Source: Chiloscyllium plagiosum
Lineage: Eukaryota
Direction of reading: 5' to 3'
Length of the DNA stretch: 53,030 bases
Assembly (NCBI RefSeq): GCF_004010195.1
Contig: NC_057720.1
Span: 24,354,027-24,407,056, forward strand
Shown: positions 13,201 through 28,200 of the stretch, piece after piece
How positions within the stretch are numbered: position 1 is the stretch's first letter
Layout of the letters: each line of letters begins with the position of its first letter
Translations under genes and position numbers: made by a program
The notes under the pieces: model-generated
The model's input: only the letters and a program-made list of their open reading frames with translations
Database searches by the model: none
What the model was told of the DNA's origin: nothing

Positions 13201-16200
13201 ACAAAAAACAAGACTGATACTCTACAGGAACCCTATCAAACTTTTCAGATGAGAGGTTAAACTGCATTGTTTCAGTTGGGTGGACTCAGCACTTCAGACA
13301 CTATTATGTATATTTCAGTCTGAACCTAATCACACATTGTGTACTGAAGGATATGGGAATACTGTGAAAAGATGGGGCTGATATGAAAGCTCATCTGGAC
13401 CTTATCGAAAGATGGAGCAAACTCTCAAGGCTGAACAGCCTACTTTGACTCTTATTTCTTTTGTCTTTATGTTCTATGAGACCCTAGGGTCTATTTTGAA
13501 GAAGAGCAAGAGAGATATTCATGGATTGTACTCAATAAACATCACTAAAACAGATTATCTAGTTATTATTACATGCACACCAGCATATGAGTTAGTAGAA
13601 GAAATGTGCCACATGATCCCTTCAAGCCTGCTCCCCATTTTATATGTTTATGGCTCATATAGTTTTAGCCTCCACTCCATTTTCCTACCTACTTCCAATA
13701 CTCTTTGATGCCCACGCAGTCCCATGCGCAGATTGCCTACTCCATTTCTTATACTATACTAATGACTACACTTGACAATATCTTCAAGTGGACTGATGCT
13801 GTGAAAAATACAGCAGTATGCAAATTTTCTCTTCCCTCTTTTTTTTCTCTCTTGTTTCTCTTTCTGTCTCCCTTTGTATCTTTCTCTCTTTTGCTGTCTC
13901 CCTAACATCCCAAGATTCTACACAATTAAAATCCACACTTAACAATGATATGTAAATCAGTTAGGTACTCTTCAGGCTTGGAAATGTAAATTTTGAAAAA
14001 CCTTTAAATGTAGAAAATGAGCAATAAAAGGAAGAAGTTCCAGAGAAAAGATGCACCGATAATTAAGATCAAAGGAACAAGGTAGGATAAAAAGCTGGAA
14101 GTCATTCCTGAAGTCAGGTGTTACCAGACATGGAGGAATCTGTAAAGCGGTATAATAAAGCTAAAGGAACATACCAGTGTAATGGTGGACAAAAACATAG
14201 TGGTGAACTTGATCTGAGCAGTAAAGCTTAGATCCAGCTGGAATTTATATAGAATGGGATGCCAGTGAAGAGGTGGCTGGATTAAGTCAGGAGACAAAGA
14301 TAATATTCTGCAGTGGAGTGAATGATAAAGCAAAGACTAGGAATACTTCATGGGGGAAGGTAGAAATGGAGGGAATGTCATTCAAAAGTCAAGTCAAATG
14401 AGAAACTGAGTGATGTACTGGCTAAGCAAGTAACTGGGAATGAGTCAAGAAACTTTTGATAAGAATTAATCTGCAAGAATTCAGTCTTGATAATGTTCAG
14501 TTCAAGAAAGTTATATTCATCCACAGCTTGATAATGGAGAAGCTAATTGACAACACTGATGATGCGAGTATTAGAGAAGCCGAGTTCAGTGTTATCAACA
14601 TTCCCAATGCCAATAGAAAACATAAATGTAGTTGTGGAGATCAAAGTTGGCAACTTGAATTACTTTTGAGGTGACTGAAAGGATAGTATATTAAAGCTAT
14701 TCCTAAGAATGGACTGGTTACATTGGAACAGAAAGAAATGGAACCAAATCAAAATGGTCACAAGGAGGTGGATTGTTAAAAGAAGGAAGCAAGGTGAAAA
14801 AATTGACTTTTTGAAATGATAGGAATATTACCTGCCATGGTTGCATTTGCAAAGATTGATTGTGGTAAATGATGTCCCGTTCTGGGATCATTGAGAGTTT
14901 TTTTTCAATGTCTATTTCTAGCATAACTTTCAATATACTGCATATATTTCAGGGCAAATAGAGCTGCATTCAGAGATCCCATTCATTTCAACAGAGAAAG
15001 TGGATGTTGCAGTTGTACAGTTAATTGGTGGCAACAACAACAGATCAATTCTCATCAGGACTCATGGTAAGGAATGTGAAAGCAGTTTAATAACTATAAC
15101 AACTACATCCAAGTCAATTCAGTTATCAATATGGAGTTAATTATTATTGTTTCTTTACTGTAAATTGAAGCTACTCATAAACTATATTGTGCTGTACACC
15201 AGATCCTTTTCAATGTGACTATATACAGTAGCGCCTCGACATACGAACGACCCCGTTCACGAACAAATCAGTTTATGAACAGGATTGTACGTAAAATTTT
15301 GCTTCAACATACGTACAAAATTCAAGGTACGAATGAAGGGACAAATGCAAAAAACCCATGTGCGACCATGTGGTTTCATTGTTCTGCTTTGCTACGCGCT
15401 TGTTGAACGCAAAAGCTCTCGGGCCCCACGTGATCTCATTCAGTTTGTCTTTGGCGCGTGCGCTGTGAACAGCCATCCAAGCATTCTTACGCTATCTGAA
15501 CAACGGGAAAAATTGATTCAATTTGCGAACTTTTCCATTTGCGAACCAGGTCCCGGAACAGATTAAATTCATAAGTCAAGGCGCTACTGTACTTTACACA
15601 TCAGCACAAATCAAAATTGTAACTTTGTGCTCATTGAGCGATTGTATGACAGTTCTTCTAAAGGCAAGTAGGTATTATACATTTGACGTATGGACCTGAA
15701 ATGGATTACCTTGTTTGCTGAGGTATCCAGCAATAATATTTATCTTTTGGTGACAGGATAGCTTTTTTTATTGTTGAGGAGCCAAGGTGAAGGCTCAAGA
15801 GCCATCAGATAGGCTATGACCTCAGTTGTAAAGATTCTAAGTTTGTCTTTTTAATACCTGGAAACTCTGTGTTGATGGAAAATGGAATTTGGAAGATTTT
15901 GCTATGTATTATTTCCACAATCCACTTATACAATGTGACCTTTAAATTGATACATTGCCAAACACATTTAACCTTCATTTTTTCATTTATTCATTCATGT
16001 AATGAGGGCATCACTGACTAGGCTAACATGTATTGTCCATCCCAGTGAGCAGTTAAGAGTTTGTCATATTACAGTGGGTATTCCTGAAGGACATTTGTGA
16101 ACCACATGGGTTTGTCCAACAATTGATAATGGATTCATGGTCATCATTAGACTCTTAATTCCAGATTTTTTTATTGGATTCAAATCCCATCATTTGCTGT

Positions 16201-19200
16201 GGCAGGATTCAAGCCAGGTCCCCAGAACATTACCTGGGTCTCAGGATTAACAGGAGAAAGTGAGGTCTGCAGATGCTGGAGATCAGAGCGATTAACAGTC
16301 CAGGATTAACTCTCAGGATGAACAGTCCAGCTATAATACCTTGCCAGATTTATAATCTTGCAAGCTGGATCCAGGGCTTCAAATCTTCTAGTGAGATTTG
16401 TGGCATAGCAAATGAATCATAACAGAGTATAAAGTATGAATATTAAGTATGAAACTAAATTATTTGTGGTGGTTACCCAATTGGAATATAAAAATAAGGC
16501 TTTTATTAGGAATGAATGTATGAACTTCAGGACTCAACAGAATGCATTTTAGTTTTCTAACATGCTTTACCAGAAGTAGGTCTATGTTGTTATTGTCAAT
16601 TGGAGGCTCAAATATGAAGGCCAGTAGTTGTGGTGTTGGAAGTGTTATCAGCATAAATGCAAATCCTTGGTAAACTAATAGATTAGGTTCTGAGTAATGT
16701 GAGTAATGTGGCCAACCTGAAAGAACTTTGTGTTGCAAAGTAGGAATACCGTGCTGAATCATGCCTGTTTTGTGCATTCATTTGTTTTTCATTTTATTAA
16801 ACCGTCTTTCGTTTGTGTAAGATACTGTTTTGTTTATTTATTTGTATATCATGTAAAATTTGTAGTAAAAACTTCTCAAATGAAAATATCCTAAAGTCCA
16901 AAACATGATAGCTCCAATTCATTAATTCGTTTGTGCTAACTTTATGGGTGATAACCACCTGCATGCTTAAGATCACAGAATTACCCCTGACAGATATTTG
17001 TCTCAATTAAGATCCCAGAGAATGAGAGTCAAAACAGAGGGCAGAGTTAGAAAAAAAATTGATTGTGTTTAGATTGTTGAACCAGTATGTATTGTGCTGA
17101 TCCTCTCTATTGAAGTGTAAAAATGCCATTGTATGCATACAACATTAAATTATGTTGCCAATTAGCCAAGATTCACTTTAATGATTAATTACCAATTTCA
17201 TTTTTTTGTGGTTTGAGAAAGAGGGGGCAAAAAGTTCTTAAACAATTTTTAAATTTTTTTTTCTTTGATCTGTCCATCTACTTAAACATTGGAGAATAAG
17301 ATGAAAGGGGCACATATAAAACCCCATCCTTTCCATTTGCTGTTGTCCAGACAGGATATTTAACAGTGATTGTAATGATTGTACCTGGCATTGCATTGAG
17401 CAGACAGTAGTTTCTCACATTTTGGTTTATGTTTGGAAGCCTCCAATGGAACTCTTGAATGAGATTTTGAAGTGCACAAAACTCATTTTGTTGTACAGGG
17501 TCAGGCCCAAAATTGTCTCTGGTTTGTTTCCATAATTTGAGGCATTTTTACATGAAGGACTTAGCAACCTGATTCTCAATCCTTGACCAGAAGAACTGGT
17601 AATCTCCTTTTGCTTTGCTGTTGCTATCTTTAGAACTTGCTGCCTTGGGTCATGCCAACAGGAGCTATACTCCAGTGTAGCTCTGATGGCACTGGATACA
17701 CACAAGTCTTTTCACTATGTCAAGGCATAATTTTTACAGAAGGTCTTTTCATATATAAAATAATTTTAAAAGCTTTCATGAGTTGTGGGTCACTGGCGAG
17801 ACCAACATTTGTCACCCATCCTGAATTTCCCCCAGATTAGGTGGCAATTTATAGTCAACCACATTCTTGTGGGTCTGGAGTCACATGTAAGGCAAACTGG
17901 GTGAATATGGCAGATTTCCTTCCGTTAGTAAACTACATGATTTTTTTTAGCAATAATCAATAATAATTTCATTGGTTGCCATCTTTGATACCAACTTTAT
18001 GTTCCAGATTTATTAATTTAAATTCCACCAGCTGCTGGGGTGTGATTTGAGTCTGACCCCAGAGTGTTAGCCTGGTACTCTGGATTAATAGTATAGTGAC
18101 ATTATAATTGTGCTATTAATCATTCTGACATGTTTCAGAGAATTAAGATTAAAATGAACACATAGTGAGTCATACAGTACGGAACCATACCCTTCGGTCC
18201 AAGTAGTCCATGCTGAGCATAATCCTAAACTAAACTAAACTATCTGTCTGCATTTGGCCCATATCCCTCCAAACATTATTAAAGTACTTTTCTAAATTCT
18301 GTTTAAATGTTCTAACTGTACCCACATCAATTATTTCCACACACACACACACACACCCTCCCTATTTGAAAATAATTGCCCCACATATCCTTTTTAAATC
18401 TTTCTCCTCTCACCTTAAAGAATGAGAGGTCATCAAAATGATGTGTTTTGAGAAGATTGATCAGACAAATTGAAGGTTTCAAAAGTGGCATCAGCATGCC
18501 TGAAGGATTTTATTTTAACCATTTACATGGCGAAAGAAGAGAGGCATGTTCAAAAGGTGAGAGTAAGGGAACAGTGCAGGAGGAATAGTAGAAAAGATTG
18601 GAAAGATAAACATGAGTTAGACTGTGGAATAATTGAAGACAAATAAATGAACTTCAAGTTTAATGCACTGAAGAATGCAGAATCAATATAGGTCAATATG
18701 GATATGACTTGAAGGCAAGTGAGTCAATTTACAGGCAGTTAGCTTTCGAACAGGTTGAACTTTATTGATGATGGAAGGCTGGCAAGGCGATATTGAAGAT
18801 TTGTGATAGAATTTCATGGTTTCTGCAGAGGAGAGTTTGGTACCCTGATTACATCTGTGTTGGGAAGATGTGTGGATGACAATTGAAGTCCTTAAATGGA
18901 CAAGTAATGCCTACTAGATTTATTCAATGCCATTAAATTCCATTCATTAAGTCTAGAGGAACAGAGGAAGATAATGTTGCAGAGGTCTCGATAACAATTG
19001 GCCTTATCAAAAATATATAAAGACTCACCACATTTCTTCTGTTTTACAGCTGCACTGATGTTAATAGCCTGGATGACAGTTGGAAGCATTGGCATGATAA
19101 TTGCCAAATTCTTTAAGAGCCTTGGTGGCCAAAAGAAGATTTGGGGCAAGAATCTTTGGTTTCAGGTAAGATACAGAATGTTGACCATTTTGTTCATAAT

Positions 19201-22200
19201 AATGAAAGAAAATGGCATTTTTTTGCCCTGATTAAGTTTCAGTTCATTCTCATTTCTCAGAAATATGTATCCTTTGATGGAACCTGGGCAAGTAATGAAG
19301 TAGCTTTGTAGCTTAAAAAAGAACAGAAAGAACTGCAGATGATGGAAATATGAAGCAAAAACAGAAATTGCTGGAAAATCTCAGCAAGTGTGGCAGCATC
19401 TGTGGAGAGAAATCAGAGTTAATATTTTGGGTCCAATAACCCTTCTTCAAAACAGTCTGAGGAAGGGTCACTGGACCATAAACGTTAACTCTGATTTCTT
19501 TCCACAGATGCTGCCAGACCTGCTGAGATTTTCTAGCTTTATGTCTGTCTTAGTTTACTCTGTTATGTTTTGTAAAAGACTCTATTGCTACAATAATCTT
19601 GGCATTTGAGTTTAACAGTTTGGATACAATGGATTTAATTATTTACCTTTATGACATTGATTTGTGCTATAATCATGGCTTTTGGGAATAATAGTTATTT
19701 TTTGGAGAGGAAGCGTTTATTAATCATTGCTCTTATTTATTGTAATGTGCATGTATTTTCATTAAAATATGTTCAATGATGCCTTTTCTTTTCCAGCTTC
19801 ATTGGACTCTGATGATACTAACTGTTGTTCTAACAATCATTGGCTTTGTGCTGGCTTTTGTGCAGGTGAAAGGGTGGAGTTCTGTAAGTTGCTATCTTTA
19901 TTTCATGTTTTAAAGCAAATGAAGCATAAGTGACTATCAAACCATTTTAAAAATGTTAATGTTATTGCTATTTTTCATTGGCTATCAGTACAAAAAAACT
20001 AATATGTCATGCAACAGCTACTCTCCAGTTCAGTTATACTTCTAATATATTATCTCATCATTCAAAATTTCTTGCAACATTTACAGTTCCCGTGTCACAA
20101 CAGTTTATTATTCATTGCAATACTCTGCAATTGGTAATCTTTAATCTTGTGAATGCTGTTTTTAATTAACAAATGGCAAAGTGTCTTCACATTTGCACTA
20201 GTCTTCTGTCATTGCAGGTTCATAGCTTCTTGAAAGTGGAGTCGCAGGTAGATAGGATAGTGAAGAAAGCATTTGGAATGCTTTCTTTTATTGGTCAGAG
20301 TATTGAGTACAGGAGTTGGGAGGTCATGTTCCTATCGGAAAGATGTTGTGAAACTTGAAAGGGTTCAGAAAAGATTTACAAGGATGTTGCCAGGGTTGTA
20401 GGATTTGAGCTATAGGGAGAGGCTGAATAGGCTGGGGCTGTTTTCCCTGGAGCGTTGGAGGCTGAGGGGTGACCTCATACAGGTTTACAAAATTGAGGGG
20501 CATGGATAGGGTAAATAGACAGTCTTTTCCCTGGGGTAGGGGAGTTCAGAACTAGAGGGCATAGGTTTAGGGTGAGAGGTGAAAGATATAAAAGAGACCT
20601 AAGGGGCAACTTTTTCACACAGGGGTGGTATGTGTATGTAATGAGCTGCCAGAGGACGTGGTGGAGACTGGTACAATTGCAACATTTAAGAGGCATTTGG
20701 ATGAGTATATGATTAGGAAGGGTTTGGAGGGATATGGGCCAGGTGCTGGCAGGTGGGACTAGATTGGGTTGGGATATCTGGTCAGCATGGACAGGTTGGA
20801 CCGAAGGGTCTGTTTCTATGCTGTACATCTCTATGACACTATGACTCTATTGCACTTCAGCCTTCCCACCACTTGTGGCACTATTCTTCTCCAAAAAGCG
20901 ATCACTTTTCAAGTTAACTCCAGCTTTTGGGAAACTGGATTCACTGGAAGTGATCTTTGGTATTGTGAACCCTAGCTGCTGGGTGGAGATTTCACAAGAG
21001 ACTTGTGTGCCTCTTGCTAAATTACAAACCAGTCAGGTCATTGGCCAGGTCACTGACAGGCCTTTCTGAAATCAAGAGGCCAGCAGCAGAAGTCTTACCT
21101 ATTAAAGGCTGCTGACCAATCTGGGACTCAGTGGCTTAACTGAGGAGGCTGTGGCTGCTGCAGAAATGTCAAGCCCTGGAGTCCCATGATCGCAAAGTGA
21201 CCAGGGTATGTACTGTTCTGGGGATAGTTTCATGAGTGAGAGTTTGCAGAGAGAGAGTATGGGGTGTATGGCCAGTCATAATGCCAGAAGTTTAGCTTTC
21301 AACAGGTTTCCCCACATCCCCTTCCCTTCTTTACTGATGCCATATCCTATGATCAGGCCCAAAGTGCCTTTAATTGCATTCCCCTGGGAGGTGACAAGCT
21401 GGGATCTCAGTTTTAGCTTCTGTTCATGCTGGAGGCATTAGACCCACTTGTCTGCAGTTGGGTTTAGAAGGCAGAATTAGGTCCTTAGTGGTCATTAACT
21501 GATGGTGGAGATGGAATGAGAAGACCGACCAATGTGCTACAGACCTCATGCAACCTGATGACCCAAACCCATGGATGCATTTGTATAAGTGGGGATAAAT
21601 TCCACTCACTACCTTTATAGCAGTTCACTTCCAATGGGATCAATGGTGTTTGCTGAATTGTCTAAACTCTGTTACTTTGTTGACTAATACCTCAATTATT
21701 AATGAAACAACGTAGAACTGGAGAACATTTTATTAATAAAATTTATTCCCTATTCTATTGTTACAGGAAATACCTTAATTCTTCACCTCAGTTAATATGT
21801 ACCAGCTTTTGCTAGTTTTTTTTCGTGTCCTTATGTTTCTGTGTTTCTCTGGCAGAGTGCTGGATTCCATCCTATATTGGGCTGTATTGTAATGGGTCTC
21901 TCACTGATTCAACCCACTGTAGCCTTTTGCCGACCTTCACCAGATCACAAGAGGTCAGTTTGAAAACACCTCATAATAGTCTGATGTATTTTGAATTATG
22001 GGTTTGTTCTGGATATCAGTTAACTATTTAAACAAAGGCAGATAAATGGATTCTGATAACATGAGAAAGACTGACCAAGCTGTAACGATTGGTGAAATGT
22101 ATTCCTCTATGTTAGAAAATGAAATTCGACTTTATGAATGAGTCAGCTATTTAGTATTGTTTGTAACAATGTTATTGCGTCATAGAGTCATACAGTACGG

Positions 22201-25200
22201 AAACAGACCTCTCAGTCCAACCAATCCATGCCGACCATAATTACAAACTAAACTGTCCCACCTGCCTGTGCTTGGCCCATATCCCTTCAAACATTTCTTG
22301 TTCATGTGCTTATTCAAATGTCTTTTAAACATAAATGTACCCACATCCACCACTTCCTCTAGAAAGTCATTCCACATATGAAACACTCTGTGAAATGAAA
22401 TTGCCCCTCGTGTCTTTTTTTTTTATACCTCTCTCCCCTCACCTCCTTGGCTTCAAATCCTACATCCTAAGGAAATGACACCTGCAGTCACCTTATCTAT
22501 GCCCCTTGTGATTTCACAAACCTCTATAAGGTCATCCCTCAGCCTCCTATGCTCCAGTAAAAAAAAAGGCCCAGCCTATCCAGCCTCTCCTTATAACTCA
22601 AACCCTCCATTCTCAGCAACATCCTGCTAAATCTTTGCTGACCCTTCCACCTTAATAATATACTTCCTGTAACAGGCGACCAGAATTGTAAAGAGTACTC
22701 TAGAAGAGGCCTCATGAATGTTCTGTACAACCTCAACATGACATCTCAACCCCTATATTCAGCAGTCTGAGCAATGAAGGCAAGCATGCTAACTGCCTCC
22801 TTAACCACCACTACATGTGATGCAAACTTCAAAGAATTATGTACCTGAACCCCTAGGTCTGTCTCATCTACTACACTATCTAAGGCCCTACTTATAAGTC
22901 CTGCCCTTACTTTTTTTGCCAAAATGCAATACCTCGCATTTATCCAACTTAAACCCTATCTGCCACTCCTCAGCTCACTTCCCCAATTGCTCAAGATCTC
23001 TTTGTAATCTTAGATAATTTATTTGTGGGCAGCACAGTGGCACAGTGGTTAGCACTGCTCCCTCACCGCACCAGAGACCTGAGTTCAATTCCCACCTCAG
23101 GCAACTGTCTGTGTGGAGTTTGCACATTCTCCTGTGTCTGCGTGGGTTTCCCCTGGGTACTCTGGTTTCTTCCCACAGTCCAAAAATGTGCAGGTTAGGT
23201 GAATTGGCCATGCTAAATTGCCCATAGTGTTAGGTGAAGGGGTAAATGTAGGGGAATGGATCTGGGTGGGTTGCTCTTTGGAGGGTTCGTGTGGACTTGT
23301 TGGGCCGAAGGGCCTGTTTCCACACTCTAAGTAATCTAATCTATTTCACTGTCTACTATATACCGCCAATTTTGGTGTCATCCTGCTGCAGGAAAGTAAA
23401 CTGTTGACAGTTCTTTTTCATCTTACTATATTTCTGAGGAACCTTTTGTCATATGAAAGAGGTTGTATTAAACCTTCTGAACAATATGCTAATTGAAGCT
23501 TTCCTGGTTTAATTGCTGTTGTTATTGTAGCTTTTTCATTCTTGTTTGATGTACATCATTAACTGAGATGAGTTGGGCAGACTACTAATGTATGAGAGCC
23601 TTTGCATGATGACTGTTAAAATCCATTTTTATTGCTAATTTAAAACAGGATTTTTGAATGTTTTTTTAAGTTTTATTTTCAAAGACTAAAGCAAATAGAA
23701 TGCAATAAAAAATCTACTTTTATTCTGATCTTTGAGTCTCGAGAACACAAATAAGTGTTAAGGCAGAATTCCTATGTGACAGTCATTTGTTTATGAGCTC
23801 AGCAGCAGGTCCAAAAATAATTGAAGTTAAATTACAAATGTCATAAAGTTACCTTGTTAACCAGCAAGGCCATTTTCACAGCACACTGAGTTCTCACTGG
23901 AAGGGAATTGATGGCAGGTCAACAGGCAACAAATCGGAATCTCAGCTTAGTTGGCAGCTCGTCCTGGTCCAATAATCTGCACACCAGCCTCATGGTCGCT
24001 AAGTAGTACTCAATCGAAGGCCAAGAGAATCCCCAGTTTGGAAACATCTTGCAATCAGCCCTGTCCCCTTCAGCTGTTCAGTAGGAATCAAAGTGCTCAG
24101 CTTGGGTGGACATCAACCTTGTTCAGGTCCTAACTGAAAGTCAGCTTAACAAGTTGGCATTTTAATCAACTGGTACATGCAAAGTAACCATTTGGATACA
24201 GAACTGGCTCAAAGGTAGAAGACAGACGATGGTGGTGGAGTGTTGCTTTTCAGACTGGAGCCTGTGACCAGTGGTGTGCCACAAGGATCAATGCTGGATC
24301 CTCTGCTTTTCGTCATTTATATAAATGATTTGGATGTGATGTGAACATAGGAGGTATAGTTAGTAAGTTTGCAGATGACACCAAAACTGGAGGTAGTGGA
24401 CGAAGAAGATTACCTCAGAGTTCAATGGGATCTTGATCAGAGGGTTCAATGGGCTGAGGGGTGGCAGAAGGAGTTTAATTTAGATAAATGCGAGGTGCTG
24501 CATTTTGGAAAAACAAATCAGAGCAGAACTTGTACGCTTAATGATAAGGCCCTAGGGAGTGTTGCTGAACAAAGAGACCTTGGAGTGCAAGCTTATAGTT
24601 CCTTGGAAGTAGAGTCGCAGGTAGATAGGGTAGAAAAGAAGGTGTTTGGTGTACTTTCCTTTATTGGTCAGAGCATTGAGTGTAGGAGTTGAGAGGTCAT
24701 GTTGCATTAGATTAGATTACTTACAGTGTGGAAACAGGTCCTTTGGCCCAAGTCCACATCGACCCTCTGAAGAGCAACCCACCCAGACCCATTGCCCCAC
24801 ATTTACCCCTTCACCTAACACTACAGGCAATTTAGCGTGGCCAATTCACCTAACCTGCACATTTTTGGACTGTGGAAGGAAACCGGAGCACCTGGAGGAA
24901 ACCCACGCAGACAGGGGGAGAATGTGCAAACTCCACACAGACAGTTGCCTGAGGCGGGAATTGAACCCGGGTCTCTGGCGCTGTGAGGCAGCAGTGCTAG
25001 CCACTGTGCCACCATATTGGTTAGGCCACTTCTGGAATATTGTGTGCTGTTCTGGTCGTCTTCCTATCAGAAAGGGTTCAGCAAAGACTTACAAGATGTA
25101 AGTTTCCACACTGTAAGTAATCTAATCTAATCTAATCTAATCTAATCTAATGTTGCCAGGGCTGGAGAATTTGAGCTATGGGGAGAGGCTGAATAAGCTG

Positions 25201-28200
25201 GGGCTGTTTTCCCTGGAATGTCGGAGGCTGAGGGGTGACCTTATAGAGGTTTATAAAATCATGAGGGGCATGGATAGAATAAATAGACAGTCTTTTCCCT
25301 GCGGTAGGGGAGTCCAGAACTAGAAGGCATAGGTTTAGGGTGAGAGGGGAAAGATATAAAAGAGACCTAAGGGGCAACATTTTCATGCAGAGGGTGGTGC
25401 ATGTATGGAATGAGCTGCCAGAGGAAGTGGTGGAGGCTGCTCCTATTACAACATTTAAAAGGCATCTTGATGGGTTTATGAATAGGAAGGGTTTGGAGGG
25501 ATTTGGGCTAAGTGCTGGCAAATGGGACTAGATTAGGTTAGGAAATCTGGTCGGCATGGATGAGCTGGAACGAAGGGTCTGTTTCTATGCTGTCCATCTC
25601 TATGGCTCTGTGAATCTACAATTCTGCCGCAGTTCTGTATGTCTATAAGGAGCTAAAAATAGTTCAGTGTAAGAATCTGAAGGTGTTATTCATGAGGAGA
25701 GTCACTTAAATAATGATTGCAGTATACTAACTTGTTTGTTATGATTTTCTTTTCATTTTAAAATAAATAACCATTTTTATGAAGACATCTATCAAATGAT
25801 GAAAGCATGATTAACCATCTATTTGTATTTTTACAGACGATGCATTTTTAACATTATTCACAGCTACATGGCTTTAGTCATTAAAATCCTTGCAGGTATG
25901 TGATTGTATGCAATAAAATATTTTTAATGTTTTTTTTCATTTGCTATATTATTCTGGTAGTCCTTACACAATTTGTTGATATTCATTCATAATGCATAAC
26001 ATTGAGGCTAAGGAATCTAAGTGTATGAATATTTATTTTAAATAAATGAGAAATGCCTTTATTACAAGACGTTCTGTATGGGGATATAAAAAATATTTGC
26101 ATATTCTATTCTTTAGAATGTAATTTCATTAGTTTTGGGATTTCCGTGTAAGAAAGAAATAAAACTCTTCCAAGTAACAGCAATAAAATCAAAGGAACAT
26201 TAGGAGAAGACTTGGATAAGTACCTGTTATAGTTTACAGAAGCCAATGAAACCACATTCCTGACATTTGTTTTAGAATGTAATTTTTCCTTTCTTTCACA
26301 ATTTGCAAATGAAAATGTAACATGTTTTAGGCTGAGAAAAATCTGCTTCCTTTAAATCTACTCAGATCTATTACTGTCTCTCTTCCAGTGGCAACTCTGT
26401 TTCTAGGGTTCAAATTGATCGAAGGACCAGAAAATTCTTGGATGGTGAAGGTCTTGGGAGGATTTGTTGGATGGCAATGTCTGAATTATTTCCTGTTTCG
26501 TATATGCTGCTGTTGCAAAGCAAAAGGTAAGGAACAGTTCAACATTGATTTTTCATATTGATGATTAATAAATCTCATTGTTAGGTAAACAGGTTACATG
26601 ATGTTAACTGACCATGTCCTTTACATTTCTTGTTTTTTTCAGCTTGGTACATCAAATGCCAGAAAAAGGTATTGTGCTCACTAATCATTTTCTACTTATA
26701 AATGTTTTGCATTTTTAAGATTGGAAAAGTCTCAGAAATCTGGTAATGCAGAATAACAATCAGCATGGGAGTGCACTACTATGCTCAGTAAAGTTATTGA
26801 GTCATACGGGTTGGCAATGGTTCTTTGGAGATAGTGAGGACTGCAGATGTTGGAGATCAGAGTCAAAAAGTGGGGCACTGGAATAGCACAGCAGGTCAGG
26901 CAGCATCTGAGGAGCAGGAGAGTCAAAGTTTCAGTCATAAGCCTTTCATCAGGAATGTTCTTTGGTCTATCATATCTATGGCAACCAACAAACGCCAAAC
27001 TACATTAATCCCATTTACTTGTATTTGATTACAGACTAAAATTCCTGGCATGTTAGATATTCATTCAGATGCTTCTTAAATGAAGTGAGAGTTCTTGCAT
27101 CCACCTGCTCAGGCAGCGTATACCATATTTATGCCATCCTCTGGGTGAAAACATTTTTTCTCAGATATCCTCTCAATGACTTACTCCTCATCTGAAACCT
27201 ATGCTGTCTGGTCTCTGTTACATCTGCCATGGGAAAAGATTGTTATGATCTAACCCATCTGTGTCTCTCATAATATTGTACACCTTAATCAGATTCCCAT
27301 CTGCTCCAAGGAAAACAAATCCAACCTAGCCAGTGTCTCCTCTTAACTGAAATTTTCCCTCTCAGACAACATTCTGTGAATCTCCTCTGTACCCTCTCTC
27401 ATGCATTTTTAGGAGTCAGTAAGGCTACCTTGTAAAAAATATTTGATGAATTGTGGGCTTCCCAGGAAGGACAAATGATTGTTCTCCATCCCTAATTATC
27501 CTCGAGAAAGTGATAGTGAACTTCCTTCTTGAAATGCTATAATCTATATGCTGGAGGTATATCTACAGTGCTGTTAAGAGGGAGTTACAGGATTTTGAGC
27601 AAGCAATAGTGAAGGACATAGTTTCAAGCAAGATGGTGTGTGGCCCAGAGGGGAATTTGCAGGTGGTGGTGTTGCTATGCTGCTGCTGTTCTTTTCAATG
27701 TAGATGGGAAAGCTTGTGGGTTTGTGGGCGGCACGGTGGCTTGTGGGCGGCACGGTGGCACAGTGGTTAGCACTGTTGCCTCACAGCGCCAGAGACCCGG
27801 GTTCAATTCCCGCCTCAGGCGACTGATTGTGTGGAGTTTGCACGTTCTCCCCGTGTCTGCGTGGGTTTCCTCCAGGTGCTCCGGTTTCCTCCCACAATCC
27901 AAAAAACAAAATGTGCAAGTTAGGCAAATTGGCCATGCTAAATTGCCCGTAGTGTTAGATGAAGGGGTAAATGTAGGGGAATGGGTCTGGGTGGGTTACG
28001 CATCGGCGGGTCGGTGTGGACTTGTTGGGCCGAAGGGCCTGTTTCCACACTCTAAGTAATCTAATCTAATCTAATCTAATCTAATCTAATCTAATCTAAA
28101 GGTGTTAGTGAAGGAGCAATGGTGAGTTGCTGTGGTATATCCTGCATGTAATATGCATTGCTGCCACTATGTCTCTGAGGCTCCAAAAGTTTGTTGTTTC

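Noticed and set aside
27726..27815. tRNA gene (A and B boxes; also at 23027 and 24706)
   Set aside because: tRNA-derived head of an HE1 SINE, followed by the SINE body and tail.
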